Source: Syntrophorhabdaceae bacterium (GTDB lineage Bacteria > Desulfobacterota > Syntrophorhabdia > Syntrophorhabdales > Syntrophorhabdaceae). From it: DNA of 64,000 bases. The first letter of the stretch is position 1; each line of letters opens with the position of its first letter. The translations under genes and the position numbers were made by a program. The stretch covers positions 2,976,001 to 3,040,000 of the forward strand of contig OY762209.1 of the NCBI GenBank assembly GCA_963665295.1. Reading direction: 5' to 3'. Positions 49,318 to 58,721 of this stretch are shown in pieces. Below the pieces are notes generated by a model. It searched no databases. It worked only from the letters and a program-made list of their open reading frames with translations, and was not told where the DNA came from.

Positions 49318-49824
49318 ATGGAAACAGTGCGCAAATTTGAAAGAGTCCTGGAAATCGTGGATCAGAACGGGAGGAATTCGGCCCGCCTCATCCCCATACT
49401 TCAGGCAGTCCAGGCGGAATACCGTTATCTGCCGGAAGAGATCCTCACCTTTGTGGCGACATCCCTCGGTATTTCACCGGCGAGGGTCTTCGGCGTCGCC
49501 ACCTTTTACTCCCTTTTCACGTTGAAACCAAAGGGAAAATACCTGATACGGGTGTGCGATGGCACAGCGTGCCATGTGAAGCAGTCATTGGACCTTTACG
49601 ACGCGATAAGCAAGAGGCTTAAGCTGGACGGAGAGATGGAGACCACCTCCGACATGCTTTTCACCCTTGAAACCGTCAACTGTCTCGGTGCGTGCGGTCT
49701 TGCACCGGCGATGGTGATCAACGAAGAGGTCTACGGGCAACTTACCCCGGAGAGGGCATCAGAGATAATCGACGATATTATCCTGAAGGAGGCGTGCAGT
49801 GAATCTAACGACCATGGTGCTTAA
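49318..49824 (+). CDS. hydC: [FeFe]-hydrogenase NuoE-like subunit
   Basis: GVATFY, CDGTAC, CLGACGLAP. Confidence 0.92.
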   Translation: METVRKFERVLEIVDQNGRNSARLIPILQAVQAEYRYLPEEILTFVATSLGISPARVFGVATFYSLFTLKPKGKYLIRVCDGTACHVKQSLDLYDAISKRLKLDGEMETTSDMLFTLETVNCLGACGLAPAMVINEEVYGQLTPERASEIIDDIILKEACSESNDHGA

Positions 49825-51697
49825 TAAGATAAAGAACGATTATCAGGCGTGGCAATCCGGTGTGTCCCACAGAATCGTCGTGTGCGCCGGCACGGGCTGC
49901 CTGGTGAACGGTTCTTTAAAAGTCTATGACGAATTTCTCAATAGTATCAGAAAATCCGGGCTTCACGCAGTAGTGGAGTTGGAGAAGGAAGAGGGGGGGC
50001 TCTTCGTATCGAAGAGCGGATGCCAGGGGTTTTGCCAGATAGGACCCCTTGTGACGATATTGCCGGACAACATACTTTATAAAAAGGTAAAGCCCGGGGA
50101 TGTAAAGGAAATCGTGGAGACGACCCTGAAGAAGGGAGAATTGGTCCACCGGCTCCTCTATATGGAGCCTGCCACAAAGAAGGTCTGCCGGGGCATGGAC
50201 GACATACCGTTTTACCGGAACCAGAACCGGTTTGTCCTCAAGAACTGCGGGGTAATAGACCCGGAGAATATCAATGAATACATTGCGTCGGGAGGATACC
50301 AGGCGGCTACCGAAGTGTGCGGTGAAATGACTCCCGAGGCTGTGTGCGATATGATGGAGGCCTCGGGACTACGGGGCCGGGGAGGCGGAGGTTTCCCGAC
50401 AGGCAAGAAATGGCACGCAGCCCGGCTTGAAAAGAGCGCGAAGAAATACGTGATCTGTAATGGCGACGAGGGCGACCCCGGCGCTTTCATGGATATGGGC
50501 ATCATGGAGGGAAACCCTCATAGCGTGATCGAAGGGATGATTATCGCGTCCAGGGCGATTCAGGCGGACGAGGGTTATGTGTATGTGAGGGCGGAATATC
50601 CCCTTGCGGTAAAACGGGTACGGAAAGCCATAGCGGATGCCTACAAACTCGGGGCCCTTGGGAAACGCGTCCTTGGAACGGACCACACCTTCAACCTGCA
50701 GGTAATGGAAGGGGCCGGCGCCTTTGTATGCGGCGAAGAAACGGCGCTTATCGCCTCGATCGAAGGTAAAAGGGGCATGCCCCTGCCCAAGCCTCCCTTT
50801 CCTTCCAAGAGCGGCCTCTGGGGGAAACCGACGATAATCAACAACGTCGAAACCCTTTCGACAGTGCCCCTTATCGTGTCGTCCGGCATCGATTCCTTTC
50901 GGAAGATAGGGACCTCCTTTTCTCCAGGCACCAAGACTTTTGCGGTAACAGGGCATGTGGTAAACACGGGACTGATCGAGATGCCCCTGGGTTCGACACT
51001 CCGCGAGATCGTATACGGCGTGGCAGGAGGCATTACCGCGGACGACGGGAGCCCTGCGAGCGACGGGTTCAAGGCCGTCCAGATCGGAGGGCCGTCAGGC
51101 GGATGCCTCACAAGGGACCACCTGGACCTGCCCATCGATTTCGATTCCCTGAGAAAAGTGGGCGCCATGGTCGGCTCCGGAGGGCTCGTGGTCATGAACA
51201 GGCACACGTGCATGGTCGGCGTTGCCCGCTTCTTCATGCAGTTTGCCCAGAGCGAGTCGTGCGGGAAATGCGTGCTCTGCCGCGAGGGGACCAAGCAGAT
51301 GCTCGCCTTGCTCGACGATATAATGGAAGGGAGGGCCACGGAAGAGACCCTCGTGATCCTGGAGGACCTCGCGTTGACGGTACAAAAGGGTTCGCTCTGC
51401 GGGCTCGGGAAAACCGCCCCCAATCCGGTCCTCTCCACGCTCAGCCAGTTTCGCGACGAGTATCTGGCCCACGTGCGGGACAGGTATTGTCCCACGGGGA
51501 AATGCAAGGGGCTGGTGCGACTTCGGATTGACCCGGACATTTGCACCGGCTGCACGCTCTGCGCAAAGAAATGCCCCGTAGGGGCCGTATCGGGAGAGAA
51601 GCTGAAACCGCACCACATCGACCAGGCAATCTGTACAAAGTGCAGGGTCTGCCTGAAAAGCTGCAAGGTCCACGCAATAAAGGGAGACAGGCCATGA
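49799..51697 (+). CDS. hydB: [FeFe]-hydrogenase NuoF-like FMN/NADH subunit, bifurcating type
   Basis: N-terminal [2Fe-2S], GRGGGGF, DEGDPGAFMD, GAGAFVCGEE, GGPSGG, ESCGKC..CREG, two C-terminal [4Fe-4S] motifs. Confidence 0.92.
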   Translation: MNLTTMVLNKIKNDYQAWQSGVSHRIVVCAGTGCLVNGSLKVYDEFLNSIRKSGLHAVVELEKEEGGLFVSKSGCQGFCQIGPLVTILPDNILYKKVKPGDVKEIVETTLKKGELVHRLLYMEPATKKVCRGMDDIPFYRNQNRFVLKNCGVIDPENINEYIASGGYQAATEVCGEMTPEAVCDMMEASGLRGRGGGGFPTGKKWHAARLEKSAKKYVICNGDEGDPGAFMDMGIMEGNPHSVIEGMIIASRAIQADEGYVYVRAEYPLAVKRVRKAIADAYKLGALGKRVLGTDHTFNLQVMEGAGAFVCGEETALIASIEGKRGMPLPKPPFPSKSGLWGKPTIINNVETLSTVPLIVSSGIDSFRKIGTSFSPGTKTFAVTGHVVNTGLIEMPLGSTLREIVYGVAGGITADDGSPASDGFKAVQIGGPSGGCLTRDHLDLPIDFDSLRKVGAMVGSGGLVVMNRHTCMVGVARFFMQFAQSESCGKCVLCREGTKQMLALLDDIMEGRATEETLVILEDLALTVQKGSLCGLGKTAPNPVLSTLSQFRDEYLAHVRDRYCPTGKCKGLVRLRIDPDICTGCTLCAKKCPVGAVSGEKLKPHHIDQAICTKCRVCLKSCKVHAIKGDRP

Positions 51698-53742
51698 ACG
51701 ACAACAATTTTGCAATAATCGACAAGAAAGAGGTGCCCATCGAAAACGAGCAGAACCTTCTCGAATTGATACGGAAGGCGGGTGTTGACCTGCCCACCTT
51801 TTGTTACCACTCTGAGTTGAGCGTTTACGGCGCTTGCCGGCTCTGTATGGTCCAGGTGGAGAGCCTGGGTCTCGTGCCCGCGTGTTCGACCCCTCCTTTC
51901 GCGGGCATGAAGGTGAGCACCAATACGGAAGAAACCAGGAAGATGAGACGGATCATCGTGGAGCTTCTCCTCGCAAACCATAGCAGGAATTGTCCCACAT
52001 GCCAGAAAAGCACCACATGCCAGCTCCAGGCCCTGGCCCGCCGCCTCGGCATTACGAAGATACGGTTCAAGAGCCAGAGCAGGGACCTGCCTTGTGATGA
52101 CTCGTCACCCTCCCTCGTGAGGGACCCCAACAAATGCATCCTCTGCGGCGACTGCGTGCGCATCTGTGAGGAAGTGCAGTCTGTGGGCGCTATCGACTTT
52201 TCTTACAGAGGTTCTCAGACTGTAGTTATCCCATCTTTCGGGAAGGACCTCGACAAAGTGGAGTGTGTGAACTGCGGCCAGTGCGCCAGGGTATGTCCCA
52301 CCGGCGCGCTTACGCCGAAATCAGAGGTGGACGAGGTCTGGGAAGCCCTTCACGATCCGGAAAAAACCGTGATTGCCCAGGTAGCCCCTGCGGTCCGGGT
52401 CGCCGTGGGGGAAATGTTCGGCCTTGAGCCGGGCGTGACGACCACGGGGCAAATTGCCGCCGCCCTGCGCGCCATGGGTTTTGACAGGGTCTTCGATACC
52501 TCTTTTACCGCTGACCTCACGGTCATAGAAGAGAGCAACGAGTTTATCGGTCGTATGGGAGAAAGTGAACGGATACCACAGTTCACGTCATGCTGTCCCG
52601 CGTGGGTGAAGTTCGTGGAGCAGTATTACCCGGAGTTTGTGAGCCATCTCTCCACGTGTCGCTCGCCGCAGCAGATGTTCGGCGCCCTTGCGAAAGAGGC
52701 CCTTCCACAACAATTGGGTGTTGCGAGGAAGGACCTGGTGGTGGTTTCCATTATGCCCTGTACGGCCAAGAAGTTCGAGGCAAAAAGGGCTGAGTTCAAA
52801 AGTGACGGCGCCCCCGATGTGGACCATGTCCTCACCACCCAGGAGTTAGGCCGGATGATCGAGGAAGCGGGTCTTCGCTTCAAAGACCTGGAACCGGAAT
52901 CCTTCCATCTCCCTTTCGGCTTTAAAACAGGGGCAGGGGTGATATTCGGCAACTCGGGCGGGGTCTCCGAGGCGGTTCTCCGATATGTGACGGAAAGACT
53001 GACAGGTGAGAAACGGGACAATTGCGAGTTTGTCAGTGTGAGAGGCGAGGACGGGATCCGCGAGGCATCCCTTAAGATCAAAGACAGGGAATATTCCCTG
53101 GCTGTGGTGAGCGGGCTCAAGAATGCCCGTAAACTCTTGGAAAACGTAAAATCGGGGAATACGCGGTACGACCTCGTTGAGGTAATGGCATGTCCTGGAG
53201 GGTGCGTCGGGGGAGCGGGCCAGCCTGTATCCATGAGCGCCGGAGCCCGACAGAAACGGACAAAAGGCATCTACGAAAACGACAGGATGCTCGAACTCCA
53301 CAAGTCCCAGGAAAACCCTTATGTCAAAGATATTTACGCGAGCCTCCTCGGTGAAGTGGGAGGCCATATGGCGCATAAATTGCTCCATACGGGCTATAAA
53401 AACAGAAAGAGAATCTCCGATGAATGCATGACCGTCAGTGGTCCGGACACGGACCAGGCGCTTCAGGTGAACGTCTGCTTCGGGACCGGTTGCTTCCTGA
53501 AAGGGTCTCAGAGACTCCTCCACGAAATTCTGGAGCATATACGGGTAAATGGGCTTGAGGATCGGGTGAGCGTGAGCGCATCATTCTGCTTCGAAAAGTG
53601 CGACAGGGGACCCACCGTGCGGATTGGTGATATAATTATCGAGGGGTGTACTATCGAAGCGGCGGCGGAGACCATAGAAGGGAGGCTGCACAGCCCGGCC
53701 CTGATAAGACTTCCGCTCCATAGCGACGTGCCGGGGGCTTAG
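51694..53742 (+). CDS. hydA: [FeFe]-hydrogenase catalytic subunit with a C-terminal [2Fe-2S] domain (group A3-like)
   Basis: H-cluster motifs TSCCPAW, MPCTAKKFE, EVMACPGGCVGG; NuoG-like N-terminus; C-terminal CFGTGC...CFEKC. Confidence 0.95.
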   Translation: MNDNNFAIIDKKEVPIENEQNLLELIRKAGVDLPTFCYHSELSVYGACRLCMVQVESLGLVPACSTPPFAGMKVSTNTEETRKMRRIIVELLLANHSRNCPTCQKSTTCQLQALARRLGITKIRFKSQSRDLPCDDSSPSLVRDPNKCILCGDCVRICEEVQSVGAIDFSYRGSQTVVIPSFGKDLDKVECVNCGQCARVCPTGALTPKSEVDEVWEALHDPEKTVIAQVAPAVRVAVGEMFGLEPGVTTTGQIAAALRAMGFDRVFDTSFTADLTVIEESNEFIGRMGESERIPQFTSCCPAWVKFVEQYYPEFVSHLSTCRSPQQMFGALAKEALPQQLGVARKDLVVVSIMPCTAKKFEAKRAEFKSDGAPDVDHVLTTQELGRMIEEAGLRFKDLEPESFHLPFGFKTGAGVIFGNSGGVSEAVLRYVTERLTGEKRDNCEFVSVRGEDGIREASLKIKDREYSLAVVSGLKNARKLLENVKSGNTRYDLVEVMACPGGCVGGAGQPVSMSAGARQKRTKGIYENDRMLELHKSQENPYVKDIYASLLGEVGGHMAHKLLHTGYKNRKRISDECMTVSGPDTDQALQVNVCFGTGCFLKGSQRLLHEILEHIRVNGLEDRVSVSASFCFEKCDRGPTVRIGDIIIEGCTIEAAAETIEGRLHSPALIRLPLHSDVPGA

Positions 53743-53817
53743 CAGGGAGATGGGGGCGAAGAAAAGGCCTGACCCGATGAATGGGAGAAAGAAATCCGGA
53801 AAAAGGGGTGAAAGGAA

Positions 53818-55551
53818 ATGCCTGATAAGGGGATAGAACAGATCGTATTTACCCTCACGGCGAGATGCCGGGACTGCTACCGCTGTCTTAGGAGTTGTCC
53901 CGTCAAGGCCATCCGCATGGAAAAGGGACAGGCTTATGTTGACGGAAAGCGGTGCATTGCGTGCGGCACCTGCATTAAGGAGTGTCCTCAGCAGGCAAAG
54001 ACCTTTCGCTACGATATCGATGTGGCGCAGCGCCTGATCGAAGGCGGAGACTTTGTGGCCGCGAGTATCGCCCCTTCCTTCGCGGCGGTCTTCAGCGGTT
54101 GGCAAAGGACGAGGCTTCCATCGGCGCTACGGGCCCTGGGTTTCCGGTTTGTGGGGCAGACCTCTCACGGCGCTTATCAGATATCCGCCCATGCGCGGAG
54201 GCTCGCGAGGGAAGGAGACAAAAGCGCCTTGATCGGCACCGCGTGTCCGGCCCTGGTGAGCTACATCGAGAAGTACCATCGGGACCTTACGGGCAACCTG
54301 CTGCCCCTTGTCTCCCCCATGGCGGCCCATGCGCGCCTGCTCAAGGAGAGACTTGGAAAAGAGGCGAAGGTGGTCTTTATCGGACCTTGTGTGGCCAAGA
54401 AATCGGAACTGTTCCGGCCCGAGGTAAAGGGTGTTGTCGACTGTGTCCTCACGTTCCGCGAGCTGATGACATGGCTGGCCCAGAAGAGCATCGACCTTTC
54501 CACCTGCGAGGAGAGCAACTTCGACGAGCGGCCGGTACCGTCGGCTCAGTTGTACCCTCTGCCGGGGGGCATGATCAAGACGGCGGGCCTTGAGGACGAC
54601 GGGCTCAACATGAAACTCCTGAAGGTCGACGGGATAGCCAATGTGCGGGAACTTCTGAACGATGTTCCCAATGATTCCGCGTACACCCTTATAGAGCCCC
54701 TATTCTGCAGCCAGGGGTGTATCAACGGGCCCGGGATCGAGACGGAGAAGAACCTTTTTGAGCGGAGGAAGGAAATCATCGAATACGACCGGGAGATAGA
54801 TTGTCCTGAAGCAGTCCCGGACGCGGTGGCGGAAGGCGATCCTTTCAAAGCGGCCTTCCAGAGCGAGGCGAGTCCGGCACCGGCAGTGAGCGAAGAGCAG
54901 ATACAGCAGGTGTTCGAACGTACGGGAAAATCGGACCCCCAGCAGCAGCTTAATTGCGGGGCCTGCGGCTATGACAGTTGCCGTGAGAAGGCTATTGCCG
55001 TGGTCCTGGGCATGGCGGAACCCGAAATGTGCATCCCCTATATGAGGCGGCTCGCGGAAAGACGGACGGACCAGATCGTTACCACCACACCCAACGGGGT
55101 GCTTATGCTTGATGAGGAGTTGAACATTCTCAGCATAAACCCGGCTTTCAAGAAGTTTTTTCTCTGCACCGATGCGGTGTTGGGCCGGCACGTATCGTAC
55201 CTCATGGACCCCGCGCCTTTCGAGAAGCTCGTATCCGGGGTGGTAGACTCCCTCGATATCACCGTAACGCACCGTCATTATAACCTCCACTGCCGTGAAC
55301 TTTTCTACATCCTGAAGGAGGAAAGGCAGATCGTGGGGATCTTTATGAATATCACGAGCCAGCAGGAGCACGAGGAAAAACTGAACGAGATCCGTTCTCA
55401 GACAATAGAACAGGCGAATGAACTCCTGGAACACCAAATCAAGATGGCGGAGAATATTGCCCAGTTCATCGGCGAAAGCACGGCAAAAGGGGAGGAGCTT
55501 GTGCGGAAATTATTGGCCCTGAGTGAGAGAGATGACGCCAAATCTGAGTGA
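53818..55551 (+). CDS. hydS: Sensory (group C) [FeFe]-hydrogenase with a PAS domain
   Basis: 2x[4Fe-4S]; variant motifs TACPA, GPCVAKKSE, CSQGCINGPG; NCGACGYDSC; PAS-like C-terminus. Confidence 0.88.
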   Translation: MPDKGIEQIVFTLTARCRDCYRCLRSCPVKAIRMEKGQAYVDGKRCIACGTCIKECPQQAKTFRYDIDVAQRLIEGGDFVAASIAPSFAAVFSGWQRTRLPSALRALGFRFVGQTSHGAYQISAHARRLAREGDKSALIGTACPALVSYIEKYHRDLTGNLLPLVSPMAAHARLLKERLGKEAKVVFIGPCVAKKSELFRPEVKGVVDCVLTFRELMTWLAQKSIDLSTCEESNFDERPVPSAQLYPLPGGMIKTAGLEDDGLNMKLLKVDGIANVRELLNDVPNDSAYTLIEPLFCSQGCINGPGIETEKNLFERRKEIIEYDREIDCPEAVPDAVAEGDPFKAAFQSEASPAPAVSEEQIQQVFERTGKSDPQQQLNCGACGYDSCREKAIAVVLGMAEPEMCIPYMRRLAERRTDQIVTTTPNGVLMLDEELNILSINPAFKKFFLCTDAVLGRHVSYLMDPAPFEKLVSGVVDSLDITVTHRHYNLHCRELFYILKEERQIVGIFMNITSQQEHEEKLNEIRSQTIEQANELLEHQIKMAENIAQFIGESTAKGEELVRKLLALSERDDAKSE

Positions 55552-56701
55552 GTCCAGGAAATACATAGAGGCGGTGCTTGCCCAGAGCGCCAAGAAGGCA
55601 GGGCGGGTATGCGGCGATTATGTGGTCATCGACAGGACGCCGGAAGCGACCACGGCGGTTGTGGCCGACGGGATCGGCACCGGGATCAAGGCACGCGTTG
55701 CGGCGGTAATGTATACAGCCCGGTTGATGGAGTTGATCCGCCTGGGTTTCACGCTCAGGGAGGCATGCAGAAAACTCGTCGATACCATGCATGAGGCAAG
55801 AACCAGGGACATCCCCTTCTCCGCCTTCAGCGTGTGCCGCATTCTGAACAGCGGCCATGCCACCATCGTATCTTACGAGATTCCCGCACCCATATTGATC
55901 AACAATTACCTTGCCGCGTACCAGCCGAAACAACGCTCCTTTACCATGGGACTTGAAATGATCGCCGAAGTGAACTGTATGCTCGATTACGGAGACGGAA
56001 TCGTCATGGTGAGCGACGGGGTGAGCCAGGCGGGCCTCGGACACCAGTACCGCATGGGATGGGGGACCCAGGGGGCCTGCGACTTCATCAACGGCTGTCT
56101 CGTAAGGAAGGTGGACCTCAAAGCCGTACCCGGGGAGATCCTTGGAAAGGTTAAGGAGATTTCGGGCTCCACCTACGGCGATGACACCACCTGTCTTCTC
56201 CTTGTCTGCCGTGAGGCCCATTCACTCAATATACTTACCGGTCCGCCGGCAAACAGGGGAAAGGACAGGGAGGCGGTACTGCGGTTTCTCGACATGAAAG
56301 GGACAAAGGTCGTATGCGGCTCCACCACAGCGGAAGTGACGGCGCGCATACTGGAGGTCAAGGTAAAGATCAAGGACATTTCCGACGCCTTCCACAAACC
56401 GCCTTCCTATGAGATAAAAGGCATCGACTACGCCACGGAAGGGGCCGTCACTCTGAACCAGGTATATAATATCCTGGAAGAAAAGGCCGAGAGTCTGGAC
56501 CACAATTCCTCCGTATCCACCCTCTATGAGCTTCTTCACACTGCCGATACCATCAACTTCGTCGTGGGGACCGCGACAAACCCCGGTCACGAGAATATCG
56601 TCTTCCGGCAGATGGGTATGTTCCCGAGGGAGGTGATTGTCCAGTTCCTCGCGGATAGACTGAGGAAGATGGGGAAACTGGTGAACGTGGAGTACATCTG
56701 A
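55532..56701 (+). CDS. SpoIIE-like Ser/Thr phosphatase (HfsC-like)
   Basis: VCGDY, ADGIGTG, SDGV, DDTT; overlaps the hydS end. Confidence 0.85.
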   Translation: MTPNLSESRKYIEAVLAQSAKKAGRVCGDYVVIDRTPEATTAVVADGIGTGIKARVAAVMYTARLMELIRLGFTLREACRKLVDTMHEARTRDIPFSAFSVCRILNSGHATIVSYEIPAPILINNYLAAYQPKQRSFTMGLEMIAEVNCMLDYGDGIVMVSDGVSQAGLGHQYRMGWGTQGACDFINGCLVRKVDLKAVPGEILGKVKEISGSTYGDDTTCLLLVCREAHSLNILTGPPANRGKDREAVLRFLDMKGTKVVCGSTTAEVTARILEVKVKIKDISDAFHKPPSYEIKGIDYATEGAVTLNQVYNILEEKAESLDHNSSVSTLYELLHTADTINFVVGTATNPGHENIVFRQMGMFPREVIVQFLADRLRKMGKLVNVEYI

Positions 56702-56792
56702 ACCCGTGCCTCCGCCCGGATCGACCTTGACACCTCTTTTGTTATTTTTTACACTTTTTGTTGGCGGACTTTGTCAATTGAAAGGAGACGAC

Positions 56793-57722
56793 ATGAAGAA
56801 ACTATCTCGAAAAGCGGCATGTATTCTCGGTTTTATGTGTGTCATGATGGCAGTGGCCCTTGTTTCGGCCCGGGTCTCTTTTGCGGAAAAGGGCCTCACC
56901 AGGATTGCGGACAATGTTTATTCCTATGTGGATGTGAAGAACGGGTCGCCGTCCAACAGTTTCGGCGCCAACGCGGGGATAATCATCGGCAAGGACGGTA
57001 TCGTAGTAGTGGACACCTTGATGACGGCGAAAGAGGCGAAGCGATTTATAGGGGACATAAGGGCCGTATCCGACAAGCCTATCAAATATGTCGTCGATAC
57101 CCACTACCACCTGGACCACGCCTGGGGAAACGCGGAGTTTGCCAAACTCGGGGCCCTTGTGGTAGCCCACAGGAATGACAGGGAGAACCTGCTCGCGAAG
57201 GGCGGAGAGACGCTCAAGGGCTATAAGGGGTACGGTATTTCGAAGGAAGACATAGAGGGGACGGAGATCTCCCTCCCTGTACTCACCTTTGATTCGCGCA
57301 TGGATATCTTCCTGGGGGACCGGACGGTCATATTGACGCACCCGGGGCCGGCCCACACGAACGGGGATACCCTCGTCTATCTTCCCGACAAGAAGATCCT
57401 CTTTACGGGGGACATCGTCTTTACGAATTTTCACCCTTATCTCGCCGAGGGCGATCTCACTTCCTGGGCCGGGGTGCTCGACACAATCCTCGCCATGGAC
57501 GTGGAACGCATAATTCCCGGTCACGGCCCCCTTTCGACGAAGAAGGACGTGAGGGATATGAAGACATACCTCGTCATTTTCGATGCGAAGGCAAAGGAAC
57601 TCTGCTCCAAATCGAAGGACCCGAAGTATATTTACGGGGAGATGCTGAGGGCTTTGCCTCCAAAGGAGGGCGGTGCTTTCATCATTGACGGAAACATCGA
57701 GATGCGGTATCTGAAAAAGTAA
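56793..57722 (+). CDS. Exported MBL-fold metallohydrolase
   Basis: Signal peptide, THYHLDH, AHTNGD, TGD, PGHG; AAGGAG upstream. Confidence 0.85.
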   Translation: MKKLSRKAACILGFMCVMMAVALVSARVSFAEKGLTRIADNVYSYVDVKNGSPSNSFGANAGIIIGKDGIVVVDTLMTAKEAKRFIGDIRAVSDKPIKYVVDTHYHLDHAWGNAEFAKLGALVVAHRNDRENLLAKGGETLKGYKGYGISKEDIEGTEISLPVLTFDSRMDIFLGDRTVILTHPGPAHTNGDTLVYLPDKKILFTGDIVFTNFHPYLAEGDLTSWAGVLDTILAMDVERIIPGHGPLSTKKDVRDMKTYLVIFDAKAKELCSKSKDPKYIYGEMLRALPPKEGGAFIIDGNIEMRYLKK

Positions 57723-57766
57723 GAACGCCCTGAGTTCCGGGCGCGCGACCTGCCCCGCCCATACAG

Positions 57767-57806
57767 AAAAAGCCCCGGCTTCCCATGAGAGGAAAGCCGG
57801 GGCTTC
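57767..57806 (-). terminator. Rho-independent terminator of the fdh operon
   Basis: AAGCCCCGGCTT/AAGCCGGGGCTT stem with a U-tract on the minus strand. Confidence 0.75.
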
Positions 57807-57827
57807 AGTTACCGTGCAATTCAACGC

Positions 57828-58655
57828 TTATGTAGGAGACACGGTAGACATCTCCTTCTTGAAGGAATAGAAATAGACTGCCCCTATAAACAGGAAGCCT
57901 CCCACTATATTGCCGATGGTCACCGGGATCAGGTTCCACTGAATGAACTGTCCCCATGTAACCTTCGCGCCCAGCATAATCCCTGCCGGTATAAAATACA
58001 TGTTTGCCACGCTGTGCTCAAATCCCGACGCCACGAAAGCCATGATGGGGAACCATATGCCGAAGAACTTTCCCACCATGTTCTTGGATGAAATCGCGAG
58101 GAGTATGGCCACATTGACCAGGAGGTTACACGCGATTCCTTTCATGAAAGCCGACCAGTACCCTATGGAGCCCGCGGCTATATAGGGTAGGACCTTCCCT
58201 TCCGCTATGGCTATCGCATTTTTTCCGAATACGGTCAGATCCGGGCCGCCGCCCTTGCTGAAGGGCCCCACAACCATCAGGTAGGCCCAGAAAAGAGACC
58301 CAATGAAGTTGCCTATGTAGACCCAGAACCATGCGTTATAGACTTTGCCCCACGTGCTCTTCCCCTGAAACACGGCCATGGGTATAAGCATCGTATCGCC
58401 GGTGAAGAGCGACATTCCCGTGAGCACGATCGCGATGAGGCCTACGGGGAAGACCGCCCCTGCGACGAGAGCCCTGAAGCCCGGTCCCATGCTGGTTTCC
58501 AGCCCGGTTGAGCACACCGTGCAAAGGGCGCCGCCGACTGCAATAAAAAGACCTGCCATGAAGCTCCTTATGAGGAAGTTGGGAGCCCCAAGATTGGCCT
58601 TGTACCTTCCTGCATCCCCTGCCAACTGCACAATCTCTAAAGGTTTGTTCGCCAT
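57828..58655 (-). CDS. fdhC: Formate channel (FNT family)
   Basis: VFPVGL, LFTGD, GIACNLLV, FVASGFEHSVANM, GNIVGG. Confidence 0.93.
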   Translation of the reverse strand: MANKPLEIVQLAGDAGRYKANLGAPNFLIRSFMAGLFIAVGGALCTVCSTGLETSMGPGFRALVAGAVFPVGLIAIVLTGMSLFTGDTMLIPMAVFQGKSTWGKVYNAWFWVYIGNFIGSLFWAYLMVVGPFSKGGGPDLTVFGKNAIAIAEGKVLPYIAAGSIGYWSAFMKGIACNLLVNVAILLAISSKNMVGKFFGIWFPIMAFVASGFEHSVANMYFIPAGIMLGAKVTWGQFIQWNLIPVTIGNIVGGFLFIGAVYFYSFKKEMSTVSPT

Positions 58656-58721
58656 AGTATCCCCTCTCTTAGTAGTAGTAGTTTATAGGCCGTGGCCCTG
58701 CCACGGCCGGCCGTGCCGATC

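Noticed and set aside
49318..51697. nuoE/nuoF of respiratory complex I
   Set aside because: Adjacent to hydA with no other nuo genes, so assigned as hydrogenase subunits
58670..58683. (AGT)4 microsatellite upstream of fdhC
   Set aside because: Too short to support phase variation
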